A DNA stretch of 62,823 bases, filler included, from Collodictyon triciliatum (GCA_043381765.1; 5 parts of 5 records of this genome joined end to end with filler, not necessarily neighbours in it), one strand, 5' to 3'. Positions 31,538 to 48,126 are shown, counted from the whole stretch's first letter. Numbers and translations are program-made. The notes: a model not told the origin generated them from the sequence alone.

Positions 31538-32173
31538 GTATATTCCTCGCGTTTGCTTGAATAATGGAGAGGCTGCTCAAACCTGTAACCTTCTATTAGG
31601 GGGCTATTCATAAGCATTTTTTTTGTGACCGTGCTTTTTTTCCTTCAAAAAAATATAGAAAAAGATAAAAACCGAAGAAAAAATATTGAGGCCGCTTGAC
31701 TCAACCCAACTCAAAAATCGAGGAAAGATCAACAACACTCTTGCGTATAAACACTGATGAAGCCAAGGAGAGGATGCCACGAAACGGTTTATTTTTGAAA
31801 CAGATGCTAAAGCAAGGCGCACACAGGTAACGATCAGAAGCCAGCTCACAAACTGCATACACTGCCCCCAACACAACAAACCTTCGACACGTCGTTCAAA
31901 TAACCAAGCTTGCCTTTTGCTGTGTTTTGAAATTTGAATGAGAAATCATATGCACTTTTTTTTTATATTTCTCATAGTTTTATATATATATATATTTTGA
32001 TCATAAATTTAATAATGCGTGCTTCAAATACATTGATATTGATATATTCCACGTCTGGGTTCCGTTGTTCGGATCTACCGCTTAAAAATCGTTTTAAAAA
32101 ACACCAATAAAAAACACCAATAAAAAACAAAACACCAATAAAAAACAAAACACCAATAAAAAAAAACACCAAA

Positions 32174-32273
32174 NNNNNNNNNNNNNNNNNNNNNNNNNNN
32201 NNNNNNNNNNNNNNNNNTTAATTAATTAANNNNNNNNNNNNNNNNNNNNNNNNNNNNNNNNNNNNNNNNNNNN
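32174..32273. other. Artificial linker
   Basis: Same linker sequence. Confidence 0.98.
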
Positions 32274-36337
<4,064 letters not shown>

Positions 36338-36775
36338 CGGTTAAGGGCCACCCTTGCTTAATCCAGCCGAACAGGGCAACCCGCTCGTCACCTCAGTGGT
36401 CGCCACTTTTCCCAAACAATTTCTGGACAAAAGACTGCCGCGGATCATTCTTGCTCTTTGCTCCGTGGCTTGGAGCTGCATGATTGCGAGAGATAAAAGT
36501 AAGACGGACAAATTAGTATTTTGAGTCCCTGCGACTTGGTTCCGAAATATTTAGACGAAGCAAGTGGTGCCCGCCCGAGTGATACAGTTATATGAAAATG
36601 CGTACACAAGATACACAGGCTCAATGTGGATTGGTATGATTGGAGGCTTAAGATGGTGAGCAATGGCAGAAACGATATTGTTTGAAAGTGCGCTTTGGTT
36701 AGGTATGTTTTGGTCCAGGATGGAGATTCGCAGAGACCCAGCAAGCTGAAAGGGAGGTGGGATGGGATAAGGTAA

Positions 36776-39333
36776 TTAAGGAGTCCTACATGAGCCTGAG
36801 GAACCCTCGTCGTCGTATGTGCTTAGGTCAGACGCGTCGATTTGCCCGTGGGAACCGACCATCGGGTTGACAAATATTTCGAACGAGTTTGGCCCTTGGC
36901 CGCCAACGCGGTATGACTGGCCAGGTCTGTCGGCCTGGTGTATTCTTTCCCGTGGTGTCCCGACCGCCGGTTGAGAGTTGGCGGAGCCCTGGGCCGTGTT
37001 TGCTGCAGCGGCATTCGGAATCTGCGGTGGTGGGTTGCTCGGCCGGGGCGGAGGCGGCTTTGGAGGCGGAGGCCCGGTCGGCTTCGCTGGGATGACAGAA
37101 GCCCGGGAGTGAACGGTCTGCAGCGGCCTGGGGGGCGGCTGGCTCTGGGGTTGAGTCTGTGGCGGGGTTTGCGTCTGGGCCGGAGACGCGAGGGAGGCAA
37201 GGTCTGGCGGGCGCTGACCCACGGTCGACCGTCTCCGGGAGGAGGCCTTGAGGGCAAGCTCTATCAGGGTTTCGTCGTTGATGTCCGGCGTCTCCTGGGC
37301 TGCTTTTGCGGCAGGCACAAACGCTGCGGAGGAGCGCCGCGGCTCGGGCAGGGGCGGCGGTGGCGGTGGCGGCTTCGCGGGTGTGGCAGGCAACGATGCA
37401 GATGGCGATGCAGATGCAGATGTGGAGATGGGGGGCGGATGCGGCTTGGCCGGCGTGTTTACTGCTGGGCTTGACATGGGTGGGGCGAGCGAAGCGGGTT
37501 GGTTTGCAGCCGGGGTAGGACGGGGCTGTGTCGGCTGTGTTGGGGCGGGCTCTGTTGCTGGCGTGTTTGTGGTGTTGTTTGTTATTTGTATAAAAGAGAA
37601 AAGAGAAAAGAGAAAAGAGCGGCGTACCTGCAGCAGCCTCGGATGCTTGCAACTCTGTGATTGCGGCCTTGAGCTCCTGCAGGCAGTGAGCCATCTGAGG
37701 GCGGGTGGCCCAGTCCATGGCGCAGGTGCGGATGGCAAGATCAAAGAGCTTGTCCGGGACATCTTTTGGGCGGCGCTCCATGACCATGCGTAGGTCGACA
37801 CCGTAGAGCAGAGACTTCCGGATGCAGTCCTGGTTGGGCTTCTGGCGGAAGATAACCTCGAGCAGGATAACGCCGAAGGAAAAGACGTCGGCCATCTCGG
37901 TGTATGGGCTGCTGGATGCAACCTCCGGGGCCATCCACTCGTCTGTGCCGCACACAGTCATCCTGCGGGGGACTCCGTCCATGTCCATTGTGCGCGCGAG
38001 GCCAAAGTCACAGATCTTGACTTTAAAGTGCTCGTCCAGCTACGCATGCGACGGGCGGTGGGATGTAGATGAAAGAAAAAAAGGGATATTGGATGAAAGT
38101 AAAAGGGAGGTTGGATGAAAGCAAAAGGGATATAGATGAAAGCAAAATGGAGATTGGATGAAAGAAAAATGGAGATTGGATGAAAGAAAAAAAGGGATAT
38201 TGGATGAAAGTAAAAGGGATATTGGATGGAAACAAAAGGGATGTTGGATGAAAGCAAAAGGGATGTTGGATGAAAGTAAAAGGGATGTTGGATAAAAGCA
38301 AAAGGGATGTTGGATGAAAGCAAAAGGGATGTTGGATGAAAGCAAGAGGGATGTTGGATGAAAGCAAGAGGGATGTTGGATGAAAGTAAAATGGAGATTG
38401 GATGAAAGTAAAAGGGATATTGGATGAAAGTAAAAGGGATGTTGGATGAAAGCAAAAGGGATGTTGGATGAAAGCAAAAGGGATGTTGGATGAAAGCAAA
38501 AGGGATGTTGGATGAAAGCAAAAGGGATGTTGGATGGAAGCAAAAGGGATGTTGGATGAAAGCAAAAGGGATGTTGGATGAAAGCAAAAGGGATGTTGGA
38601 TGAAAGCAAAAGGGATGTTGGATGAAAGTAAAATGGAGATTGGATGAAAGTAAAAGGGATATAGATGAAAGTAAAAGGGATGTTGGATGAAAGCAAAATG
38701 GAGATTGGATGGAAACAAAGGGGATGTTGGGTGGGGCGCGGCTTACAAGAACGTTCTTGGACTTGAGGTCGCGGTGGGTGATCTCCTTGGAGTGGAGGAA
38801 GGTCAGGGCGCGGGCCATGTCGATGCAGATGCCGAGGCGCACGCCCCACGGGAGCGGGACGGCCAGGTTCTTGAGCTTCTTGCGCAGGGTGCCGCCCGGC
38901 AGCAGCTCGGTCACAAGGTACAGGCCGGTGCTGTGCTCGCAGACGCCCATGAGCTGCACGATGTTGGGGTGGCGGATGCTCCTGCATGCGGGTGGGGCGG
39001 GTGAGTCGGTGGGCCGGCAAAGGGGGCGGCATACTTCTGCGGGGGGCGCACTTGAGCAGGATGACTTCGCGGTCGAGATACTTCTGCTCGTCGTCGTTGA
39101 TCTTCTTGATGGCCACGTCCGTCCCGAAGTACGTGCCCTGCATCGCACAAAGCGTCGCGTTCAGTCGCACTGTGCGGGGCTGCTTGCCGCGGGTGGGCAC
39201 TTACGTGGAACACCGTGCCGAAGTTGCCCTCCCCGAGCGTCTTGTGGAACTCCAGGTCTTCGTACGCAACCTGCCACGTCTTGCTCTCCACAGGCAGCCC
39301 CTTCTTGCGGAAGCTGTTTGCGAACCGGAACAT
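36776..39333 (-). CDS. Tyrosine-kinase-like protein kinase (LISK/TESK-like) with proline-rich C-terminal tail
   Basis: LGEGNFGTV, VAIK, HPNIVQLMG, HRDLKSKNVL, ICDFGLAR, MTVCGTDEWMAPE, DVFSFG. All introns are GT-AG. Confidence 0.93.
38060..38730. repeat. 22-bp intronic minisatellite, about 30 copies (AAAGCAAAAGGGATGTTGGATG)
   Basis: Directly visible tandem array inside kinase intron 38040-38746. The 22-aa period of the ORF translations confirms a 22-nt unit. Confidence 0.95.
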
Positions 39334-39465
39334 CCCTGCCCGGTCCTCCCGTCTGTTGCGGCGTGCAAAGGCGCAGACGTGCAGAGGCGCTCGGATCAGG
39401 AAAGCCTGCACGAAGCAAGGAGAGCTCGTCCGGTGCGATCGCTGCTCTGTGCAGAGGCAGGAGGG

Positions 39466-39576
39466 TCTGTCTTTCTGTCTTTCTGTCTTTCTGTCTTTCT
39501 GTCTTTCTGTCTTTCTGTCTTTCTGTCTTTCTGTCTTTCTGTCTTTCTGTCTTTCTGTCTTTCTGTCTTTCTTTCT
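39466..39576. repeat. (TCTTTCTG)n microsatellite upstream of the kinase
   Basis: Directly visible. Confidence 0.95.
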
Positions 39577-40199
39577 CTGCCTACGCGGATAAGCAGACGA
39601 ATCGCTGCAGACGCAACCGCCCTGCCTTGTGCGAGTGCCTTTGTGATCGGATGGTTCTGTGCAGCTGACCGTGCGTTTGCTTCGTGACTGTTGCTTCGGC
39701 GGTGATTGTCTGAAAGGCTTTTGCGCTGTCCAGCATTTGTGTTTGGGAATAGACAGGCCGAACATTCAGTGAACCAAGTGAGTTTGTGGAACATATTTTA
39801 TCCGCGCGCAGGCTCACCGCACAACCGCCAAGCCACTCACAAAAGGCATCACCGGGCGTGGCCTTCGGTTGGGGCTGCGCTCGGAAGTTGGCCTGGCCAC
39901 ACTCAATCCCACCCTGAGAAAAATCAATCGGCAGAAACAAGGCGTTGCTGTCCTACAAGTGGTAGTTCATCTCTGTCAGGATGAGACCAACAGCTGCAAG
40001 TTGCACATATCTCTTGCATCATAAAACAGGAACAATAACAAGACGGAAGGGAAAAAGAAGATAATAGTGGCTCTCTGGTGGTCAAATCCTTCTTTTACAA
40101 ATCAAGGCATGCGTATACGAAGCTGACATGCAAGAATAATAATAATAATATATCACTGAAGCTGCTATGATATTCTGCTTGCTATCCATATGTGTGAAT

Positions 40200-43100
40200 T
40201 AAATAATTATGTAGTTGTACGTGCTGTGAAAGCCAAAAGCGCTCCACATTTGCCGCCGCAGACTGCCAACCGCAAGAGAGAATATCAAATCGTTTCCGCC
40301 CGCTTGGGGCATAACAAATAAAGAGCTTTAGATTTCAACGTTGCATTACTTGAAAGCAAAGGGAGAAAAAAACATTTAGAAAGAGATAAAGAAGAAAATG
40401 ATTGCATTTGCAAAAAGAATTAAAATAGAAAGTGCACCATGTGGAACTCCTGCACAAAGGACACCGTCAAGTTGTGACACAGCGTCTATGGATTTTGCAA
40501 CCTGAGTAGGCTCTATAGGAACGTTGGATAACGACGTCAGGCTTCTAAGAATCCGATGGCATTCCATAAATCCATCACGGATTTGAAGTAATATGGCTCC
40601 AGCAACTCCACCATTTGCGCCCCACTCGACAGCCAAAAGAATTTAGTGTTTTGATAAGATTAGTCATAAATTTTGTGAAACAGAACTGCCTTTCTCTTTC
40701 TTTCTTCCCTTTTTTTTTTTTTTGGAAAAGAAATCATCTGAAGATACAATCGGGACATGAAGGATTCAAAGAGAATATCAAAAAGGTTGATTTTCTTCTC
40801 CTTCCATATATATGGATTCAAAGCACATTTGAAATCACAAAAAATAGGCTATATTTTATGAATAGAATACGTTTGGCCATGATGTCGCGCTACAGACTGA
40901 CATAGCTATGGCATACACCTCGGGAGCGGAGGCTTCATTTATCAAAATTATTTTATTTAGATTTTGGTTTATTCGAATATTTTATGAATACCAAAGGGTA
41001 CTTTGTAAAACGTACTTTTGTTGCAGATAGGAATGAGATTCCGCGAAATTAAAAAGGCAAAAAAAAAACCCCCCACTTATACAAGAAAGAAAAAAAGTCA
41101 AATAGATTCCATTTCAAATACTAACTTAAAATGCTTGATAATTTGACCAAAGCTTTCAATCAAACTTTCGGTGTTTTTTCGGATAGCTAGCCATATTTCT
41201 TCTCCTAGGATACAAAAATAATGAGTGGGTGAGAGGAAAGGAGAATTATAAAGAGAGCTTATACACAACTATGTCGTAGAGATATTTCACAGAAAGACTA
41301 GAGAAGAAACATTGTTGAGTAATATTTCGGTCTTTGTCTCAAGTAATCAACGAAATATGAATGTGGCAACAACCTTTTGCATCGTTAACTGACTTCCATT
41401 TTAGAATGCTTTCAAGGTTGTTGATATTTGAACGAGACTCATCAACCTCAACGATGATGAGAAAAATGCCAGGTGGAAGATGTGTTGGTTTCCTAATATA
41501 GTTCCATTTCATCCCCTGTGCGTCCATACTAGATATGCTTTATGACACAGAATAGTAATTGTAAAAATTAGAGCAAGGTATTGCGAAAGTATAAAACGAT
41601 GAGCGTAGCAAGTAGCATAGAACCAAAGCAAGCATAAAAACCTGCTATCATCCTGGAGTACAGACAGAAGTTGTAGCGGAGATAAAGACTTTCCCTGCAA
41701 ATAGTACGGAGAAAATGTGTGAATGAATCCCGTCCAAGGTAGAAGAAAAATGTGAACAAATAACACACGAAAAAAATTAAAAATAAAAATAAAGAGTAGT
41801 GCTCAATTTTGGTAGATAGCTCATAATTGATACTAGATACACACATGTCACAGACTTAATACATATATACTGTGAACGAATATGAATCCTTTTGTAATTG
41901 AGGCATGATTGCTAATTTTTGAAATAAGTCACACCCAGGATGAAATCGATGCAAAGGATAAAAAGACAATACATGGAGAGCAATCGAATCCAATTCTCCG
42001 GGAGAAAAACGGACGTGCGATAGCGCTCCGTAAATCGATGAGCATATATCAAACCCAGATAATCGGCCCTTCGAAGCTAGTGCATGAGAATACTGTGTCA
42101 CATGATGAACCAATTAAAAGCTGTTTTGTTGCATTTTCTGGACGTTTCTCAGAGCAAAGGTTGATATAAAATAGTCCAACATGAGAAAAGAGAGCAGATA
42201 TGAGTGCTACAATCATAGCAGCAGAGCTTCCTAGTCCAAGAGGATTGATTGGGTTTCCATCAGCAGGTTTCAAAAATTGCAGGAGTGAGCTGAGGGTGCC
42301 GCGATCGGATGAAATGCCTCTGACATCCACCTATTGCTAATCAATTATATTTAGTTGGTTGAGATTGTAACACAGTTTCCTTGTAGAAGCATTGGGGTCA
42401 CATCTAGCCCATTAATGGGCTTTTTTCCTTGTATGCATAAAAGAAACAGGCAAAAGTAAATGACGAACTGGCATCGATTCAACTTTAGGTTACTATTCGT
42501 CTTCTAAGAGAACTTTGGAGAGCATGTGGCTGTTGTGGGATGGGATAGCTTTTGTGCTTTCTCATCGAATGGAACGAATTATCGCCTGTGAGCCTAATAA
42601 CAAGAAATTGGTGCATGAGGATGTATATACAATCAGACGTCAACAATTGCTCAAAGAGCGTAAGCACAGTGCGCAGTGCGGCTTCGATGTAGGCATCTGG
42701 TTTGCCCTGAGACTTTCTATCAAGGAATAGGTAGATTTTAAAGGATAGAAAAAAGAATATGAGAGAGTGGTATGATGGTGGCAGGTGTGGATGGCCCCGC
42801 TCGAGATGTCGTCATGATTGGAAAAGATGCGGTTAACAAGCAAGTGGGGTAGGAGCGATTCGCGTAGGCCGAGTCCAAGGGTCAGGCAAATAGGGGAGGC
42901 GTCGAGATAGGGACGTACACGGGGCGGAAAGACGCTATACCGAGGGCGTATTCATACACAAAGTCCATGTCGTATTGAGGGGCGATGAGCTGCAGACGAA
43001 GACAGACATCTACAGACGAGAAATTCTTGGAGGATGGACTTTGCCCTGCCTGAAGGCAGAGACGAGATGTGGGTCACAGGCATCGGTCGGTGTTGGAGAC

Positions 43101-43208
43101 AAAAGGCGAATGGGGATGGCGCGTAAAGGAAAGGGACGTGAAGAGGACAAGCAAGTAGAACAATCTTGCGACCGCTGGGTGGGCAACCTGCTGTCTTTTG
43201 TCGCTCAT
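40200..43208 (-). pseudogene. ERG8-type phosphomevalonate kinase-like gene (GHMP family), frameshifted and N-terminally truncated as assembled
   Basis: LIAPQY, DAYIEAAL, LTGDNSFHS, LGLGSSAA, HHVTQYSHALASKGRLSGFDICSSIYG, VRFSP, KWNY..HLPPG, VPIEPTQ and AGVPHAGGNDLIF occur in the ERG8/plant PMK order. There is a +1 frameshift at about 42114, and I found no N-terminal APGK..GGYLVL motif. Confidence 0.7.
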
Positions 43209-43256
43209 CTCGGAGCGCTCTCCACAGCCGCACAGAATGCGCCAGAAACAGGGAGA

Positions 43257-43376
43257 ACAAAGACATGGCAGAGTCGAAGACAAAGACAAAGACAAAGACA
43301 AAGACAAAGACAAAGACAAAGACAAAGACAAAGACAAAGACAAAGACAAAGACAAAGACAAAGACATGGCAGAGTC
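43257..43376. repeat. (GACAAA)n tract flanked by a 19-bp direct repeat (ACAAAGACATGGCAGAGTC)
   Basis: Directly visible; flanking copies at 43257-43275 and 43358-43376. Confidence 0.9.
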
Positions 43377-43499
43377 TCGTCGGGTGCGGTTGATGGCTAT
43401 GGTGTGTGTTGTCTGTTTACGCGGGGTTCACCTCCACTGCGCGGCTGTCCTGTACGGCTCGTCGGCGTCTGGTGGGTGCAGGCGCGCAGGGCGACCGGG

Positions 43500-45249
43500 C
43501 TAGAAGTAGATCACGCCCTGCAGAATCTCGGTCTTGCCGTCACCTGCACAGGCGGATGCGGAGGTTACTTCGGGGGCGGGAATCCCGATGCCGGGTGCCG
43601 GGGACTTTGGTTACCTTCCAGCACAATGCGCTGCCCGGTCGACGGGATGTGCACAAAGAGCTCCTTGTAGATGTACTGGCTGCGGTTCTTCTCCACAACA
43701 ACATAGGCCATGCCCTGGTGGCGCCGGAGAGAGGCGTGCGGAAGGGGAGGAGGAAGAGAAACGAGTCAGCGACGAGCGAGGCAGAGCAGAGGAGGACGAG
43801 AGCGGCCGTGCCCTGTCCCTGCGGCTGCCCGCATCCGAGCGGCAAACAGGATGTTTTGGCAGAGTTTCGGCCTCGAGAGAATGGCGAGGGCCTGGTTCCC
43901 ACTCAGGAGACCCAGGAGCAAAGGAGGCGAGGCGAAAGCGGGAAAGCAGGTAGATAAGAAAGGAGGGGCGGACAAGCCTTGTGCTTGGGGCCGGATATCT
44001 CAAACAGCAGGTCCAGGGTGGGCCGGCTTGATATTTGATAGCCAAGAACGTTGAACCGAGCGATGCCGCCTGGTGGTTACCAAAACGAAAAGGTATTCCG
44101 ACGGGAAGAAGAGAGGAAACCCCCACCGGTTCATGATGTTAGAATCACATCATAAAATAGAACGATGCAATCGACATAAGTGGGCAGTGCGACTGGCTTG
44201 GGAGGCATAGAGCGAGATAGTTATGATTCTTCTTCCTTTTTTTCATAGTGTGTGAAAGGAGGGCAGTTTGACAAGACTCTGTTGAGCAGTATGGTGTATG
44301 GATATAAATGATCAGCTGTATTACCACGAGACATGTAAGCACGGAACGAACTACAAGAATTTCATCCATTTTTTAATTGTAGGTTTGAAAAGCAAATATG
44401 TGGTTTGTGGTATGCATAAGGCCAAAGAAATCATCTCTAGAAACTTTACGATGTATGCAGTGATTTTCCAAGCAAGTCCTGTATCTGTGAGTCGGTTTTC
44501 AGGCGGTTCCAAGTGAGTCTGTAGTGTGTGGAGTTGAGAAGGGATGACACAATGGCATCAGGAAGAACTGCAAAAAGAGACATTGAAATTGACACAGAAA
44601 ATTCAAATAGATAAAAGGACGAGGACTAGGACTGGGATACGCACTTGTGGACAGATTCCGGGCTGATGGAGAACCACTTCTGGACTGTAAATCCAAGGGA
44701 CGCCACACCTGAAGCAGTCATCCCGCCAATAAGAAAGCCCAGCTCGGTCATGGTGAGGAGATTCATGCTAAGCAGCTCGTTAGAGATCCACAAGGACAGG
44801 CCGCTCAGACCGACGGCGCCTGCGCTGAGCCACACGTATCCGGAGAAGATGGGTGGTCCGGCCGTGGCCTCCTTGGTCACCACGCTCGTGCGCGTCACAC
44901 GCTCGTCTGAAGGTGTTGCAGCACACGCGCAGCCGCACACAGGAGAGCGGGTGGGCAGAAAAGATGTGAGACAAAGAAGGACAAAGAGAGACAAAAATGC
45001 AAAATATAAAAGAGATAAAAGACAAAAAGATAAAGAGGCAAAAAAAAAGGCACAAAAAAATGGCAAAAAGGAAAAGGCAAAAGAGACAGAAATACAGAAG
45101 TGCAAACCCTGATCTTCCTCTCTCCGCCGTCCCCAGCCCCCGAAACTGAAGCTCCGCACACTCGGCCGAGTCCACAAGGCGGCCGACACACACGGCATAC
45201 TCCGGCTCCACGTCTTCAGCGCAGAATGCATCAACCTGCTTCCAAGCAT
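43500..45249 (-). CDS. Mitochondrial inner-membrane Tim21-like protein (resembles the plant At2g40800-type family), 7 exons
   Basis: Presequence-like start (..VRSFSF) and two hydrophobic segments. Then FSISPESVHKLTWNRLKTDSQIQDLLGKSL..FRAYMSRGG..LLFEISGPKHKGMAYVVVEKNRSQYIYKELFVHIP..GQRIVLEGD, colinear with the plant family as recalled. Confidence 0.72.
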
Positions 45250-45654
45250 TGCGGCTTCCTTTGGCGCGGCGGACTCGTTCGGTTCTGCGTTGCGCGACTC
45301 TGGTCAGCAGGCCGCCATCGAGCATCAGCAGCATCACAAACCGCAGCAGCACACATGCACCGCAACAGCTACGATTCAACCTGCTCCTCAGCCAGACGCA
45401 GATACTGGCCCACTTAGCAAACATATGTTTTTTATTACATTTCTGTCAACGAATAAGTAATACTGCAGGCAATGGTTCACGCTTGGAACATATAATTCGA
45501 AAAATACTTTATTTTCCATTTATAGAAAATCAACACTCTTTTGGTGTCGCACACAAAGTTCCGTAAATCTTTTCCGATTTCCCTTCTGTTTCCTTTCGAA
45601 TTTATTTTATTCTTTTTTTTTTTTAATTCACGGAGAAAGAAGGGAGACAGGGTT

Positions 45655-48126
45655 CACGTTCTGATACTTAACCAGAGTATATTTTCTTCTCTTTCTTGAT
45701 CAAAGTTCACACCCCAATCAGCTCCTCTTGGCCAACTTCATCACCTTCGACCAACGATTGGCTTTGTCGCCAGAATCTGCGGTTTCATCAAGATAGTCTA
45801 ACATCAGACAGAGCTTTTGCATCGGCTTGGCGCCAGAAACAGTTAAATCACCATTACGAAAAATAAACCTTTTGCTTGCGAAGATTCTGAATCATCCGTC
45901 TTTTTGAAAACAGTAGAAAGGCGATTTAGATTTCCTCGCAAGTCTATGGTTTGTGTTTTGGTGTAAGCGAAGAAGTTGAGATTCTTCTCATAAGAATCAA
46001 AACATAGTGAAATTATCGTATGATGTTGCTTTTGTTTAAAAGGAGGTTCGAAAACCTTTAGTAAACCCGCTCTCATTGCTATCTTCCTCAAAAACGGGCA
46101 CTTTGGTTGGGGTCTTTTGTGTATGCTGGCGAGGCTCTGAATATTAATTCCATTTAATTTTAAAAATAGATGGCCATTCCCTTGTCTCTTCGTTGCAAAT
46201 GAGTTTTGATAGATTGCAGAAGTTCAAACAGAGACCAAATACAGTTACTCACTGCTAGTTTCAAAACCAGGCTCAGGTTCGGCTATTGATGATAATCTTA
46301 ACCCGTTGGCTCCTTCTGTTCCCTCTTATTTTTTTTAAAATAAAATAACAAAAAGAAAAAAGAAGAAAGAAAAGGAATAGGTGAAGAATGTTGTGAAATA
46401 GATGATAAAGTTTTAACTATACTCGCGAAATGTATGAACAAATGTTTGAGAATATTTGACATTTTTGTGAGTAATCGAAAAAAAAAACAGAAGAAATACC
46501 CTCATAATTCTCTTCATTATCGGGTTTCTTCAACTTGCTGGCCACAGCCTTCTTGCCCATCGATAAAAGCCCAACCGCGCCAGCCTTTATACTCAATCCT
46601 ATCAAATTGAACATAAATTATTCTATAAACGCCGATAATTCTGCATAAAAATTGTACCAAAATTTACTAATTGTGCAATATATTGTTGATTAATTATATA
46701 TATCAAGAACAATTCAATATCGATGTAATATAAGAGCCTTGTACCTTTTTTCTTAAGTTCCAAAACCCATGTCTCATCGCTCGGGGTATACTTTTGAACT
46801 AAGAAATCGGCCCTCAAGACACCCTTTCGACGCCCTTGCAAAAACACAGGAAGCTCGATACGTCCAATGTCCATATTCAAAGTTAACAATGCTTGTCCTA
46901 AGAATTGGTGGGTAAGAGAATGGCTAACTGTGCAAACTATCGAATATCAAAGTCAAAGTCAAAGTCAAAGTCAAAGTCAAAGTCAAAGTCAAAGTCAAAG
47001 TCAAAGTCAAAGTCAAAGTCAAAGTCAAAGTCAAAGTCAAAGTCAAAGTCAAAGTCAAACTAAACCTATATCTTTATCCTCCCCTATGGTTGATTTACTG
47101 CGCACAAATACATGGATTGCCTTTGAGGACAGAAAATTTGCATCACAGATGAATGTTGTCAACCTTATGGGGTCCTGCCAGTTGGGATTCGCTCCGTTCT
47201 AAAAAAAAAAAAATTAATTTAGATTATATTCTGGGATGAAACATATCGGATAGAAACTCGATTTCTACATTTACCAAACACATGTTTGAAAGCGGCAACC
47301 TTAAGAGAGGACGTAACAGATTCCCTCATGAATGTAGATGAGAAGTGTAAATAGGGCATCGGGGTTTCGTTTGGGAGGATATCAAAATCTGCCAGTTGAA
47401 CTTGGCTCAGAACAACTTCTAGGGCGTCTCCTTCATAAACCCTTGGTATCACACCTCTTACACAAATGTCGAAGACGGCAGAAACAGGCGCGTTTGAGCT
47501 TTACAAAGTTTTGTTTTTGACTTAATTAAAATGCCATATTTTATAGATGAAAATCATGTCACATTGAATTTAGAAAGATTACTGACCTGGTAAATAGGGG
47601 AATCGATGAATAAGACATTTGTTTCAAGTCGTTGGGCTTGAGTGAATGCCACAAAATCCTGTCTGCCCAGCATGGTTGAACAGCCTGAATGAAAGCATAT
47701 TAATTTATTATTATTTTTTTTTTAAAAAAAAAAACGTCTTGAATTATAAACTTTGCATATTCGGTGCTACCTTGGTGGACAAATCATAAGTCTCTGTGCC
47801 AGCGACCAATGGATAGGTTGGCTTAAACTCCACAGAACTTTCATTCCATCCGCGCAATAATATCCCCTCATTCAAACCCTTCCAAAAGTAATTTTTTTTT
47901 ATATCATGAAGTGTTTGTGCGGAAATAAGTGGTATGAATTTGTATTTGTCTAGGAAATAATAATGTTACGTAGTTGAGCTGGTCGTCTTTAAAACTAGGC
48001 TCCAAACTATCATCCATTAGAGAATCACTTCCTCCAATTGTCTTCATCATAACAGGGAAATGAAATGAGCCCGTCAATACAACATGGTCGAATTTATTTT
48101 CTAAATCCACAGGCTTCGGCACCAAC
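45655..48126 (-). CDS. Inositol polyphosphate 5-phosphatase-like domain (degenerate active site) + C2-like domain, 5'-partial
   Basis: FDHVVLTGSFHF, GWNESSVEFKPTY..GTETYD, PCWADRILW and SSNAPVSAVFDI, then C2-like PYLHFSS..NPNW..DIGQALL. The exact 3' end is uncertain. Confidence 0.8.
46947..47059. repeat. (AGTCAA)n intronic microsatellite just after a donor
   Basis: Directly visible. Confidence 0.95.

Noticed and set aside
38060..38730. CRISPR-like appearance, and 230-396-aa ORFs, over the 22-bp array
   Set aside because: Head-to-tail repeats with no spacers, inside a GT-AG intron. The ORFs are a by-product of a stop-free unit.
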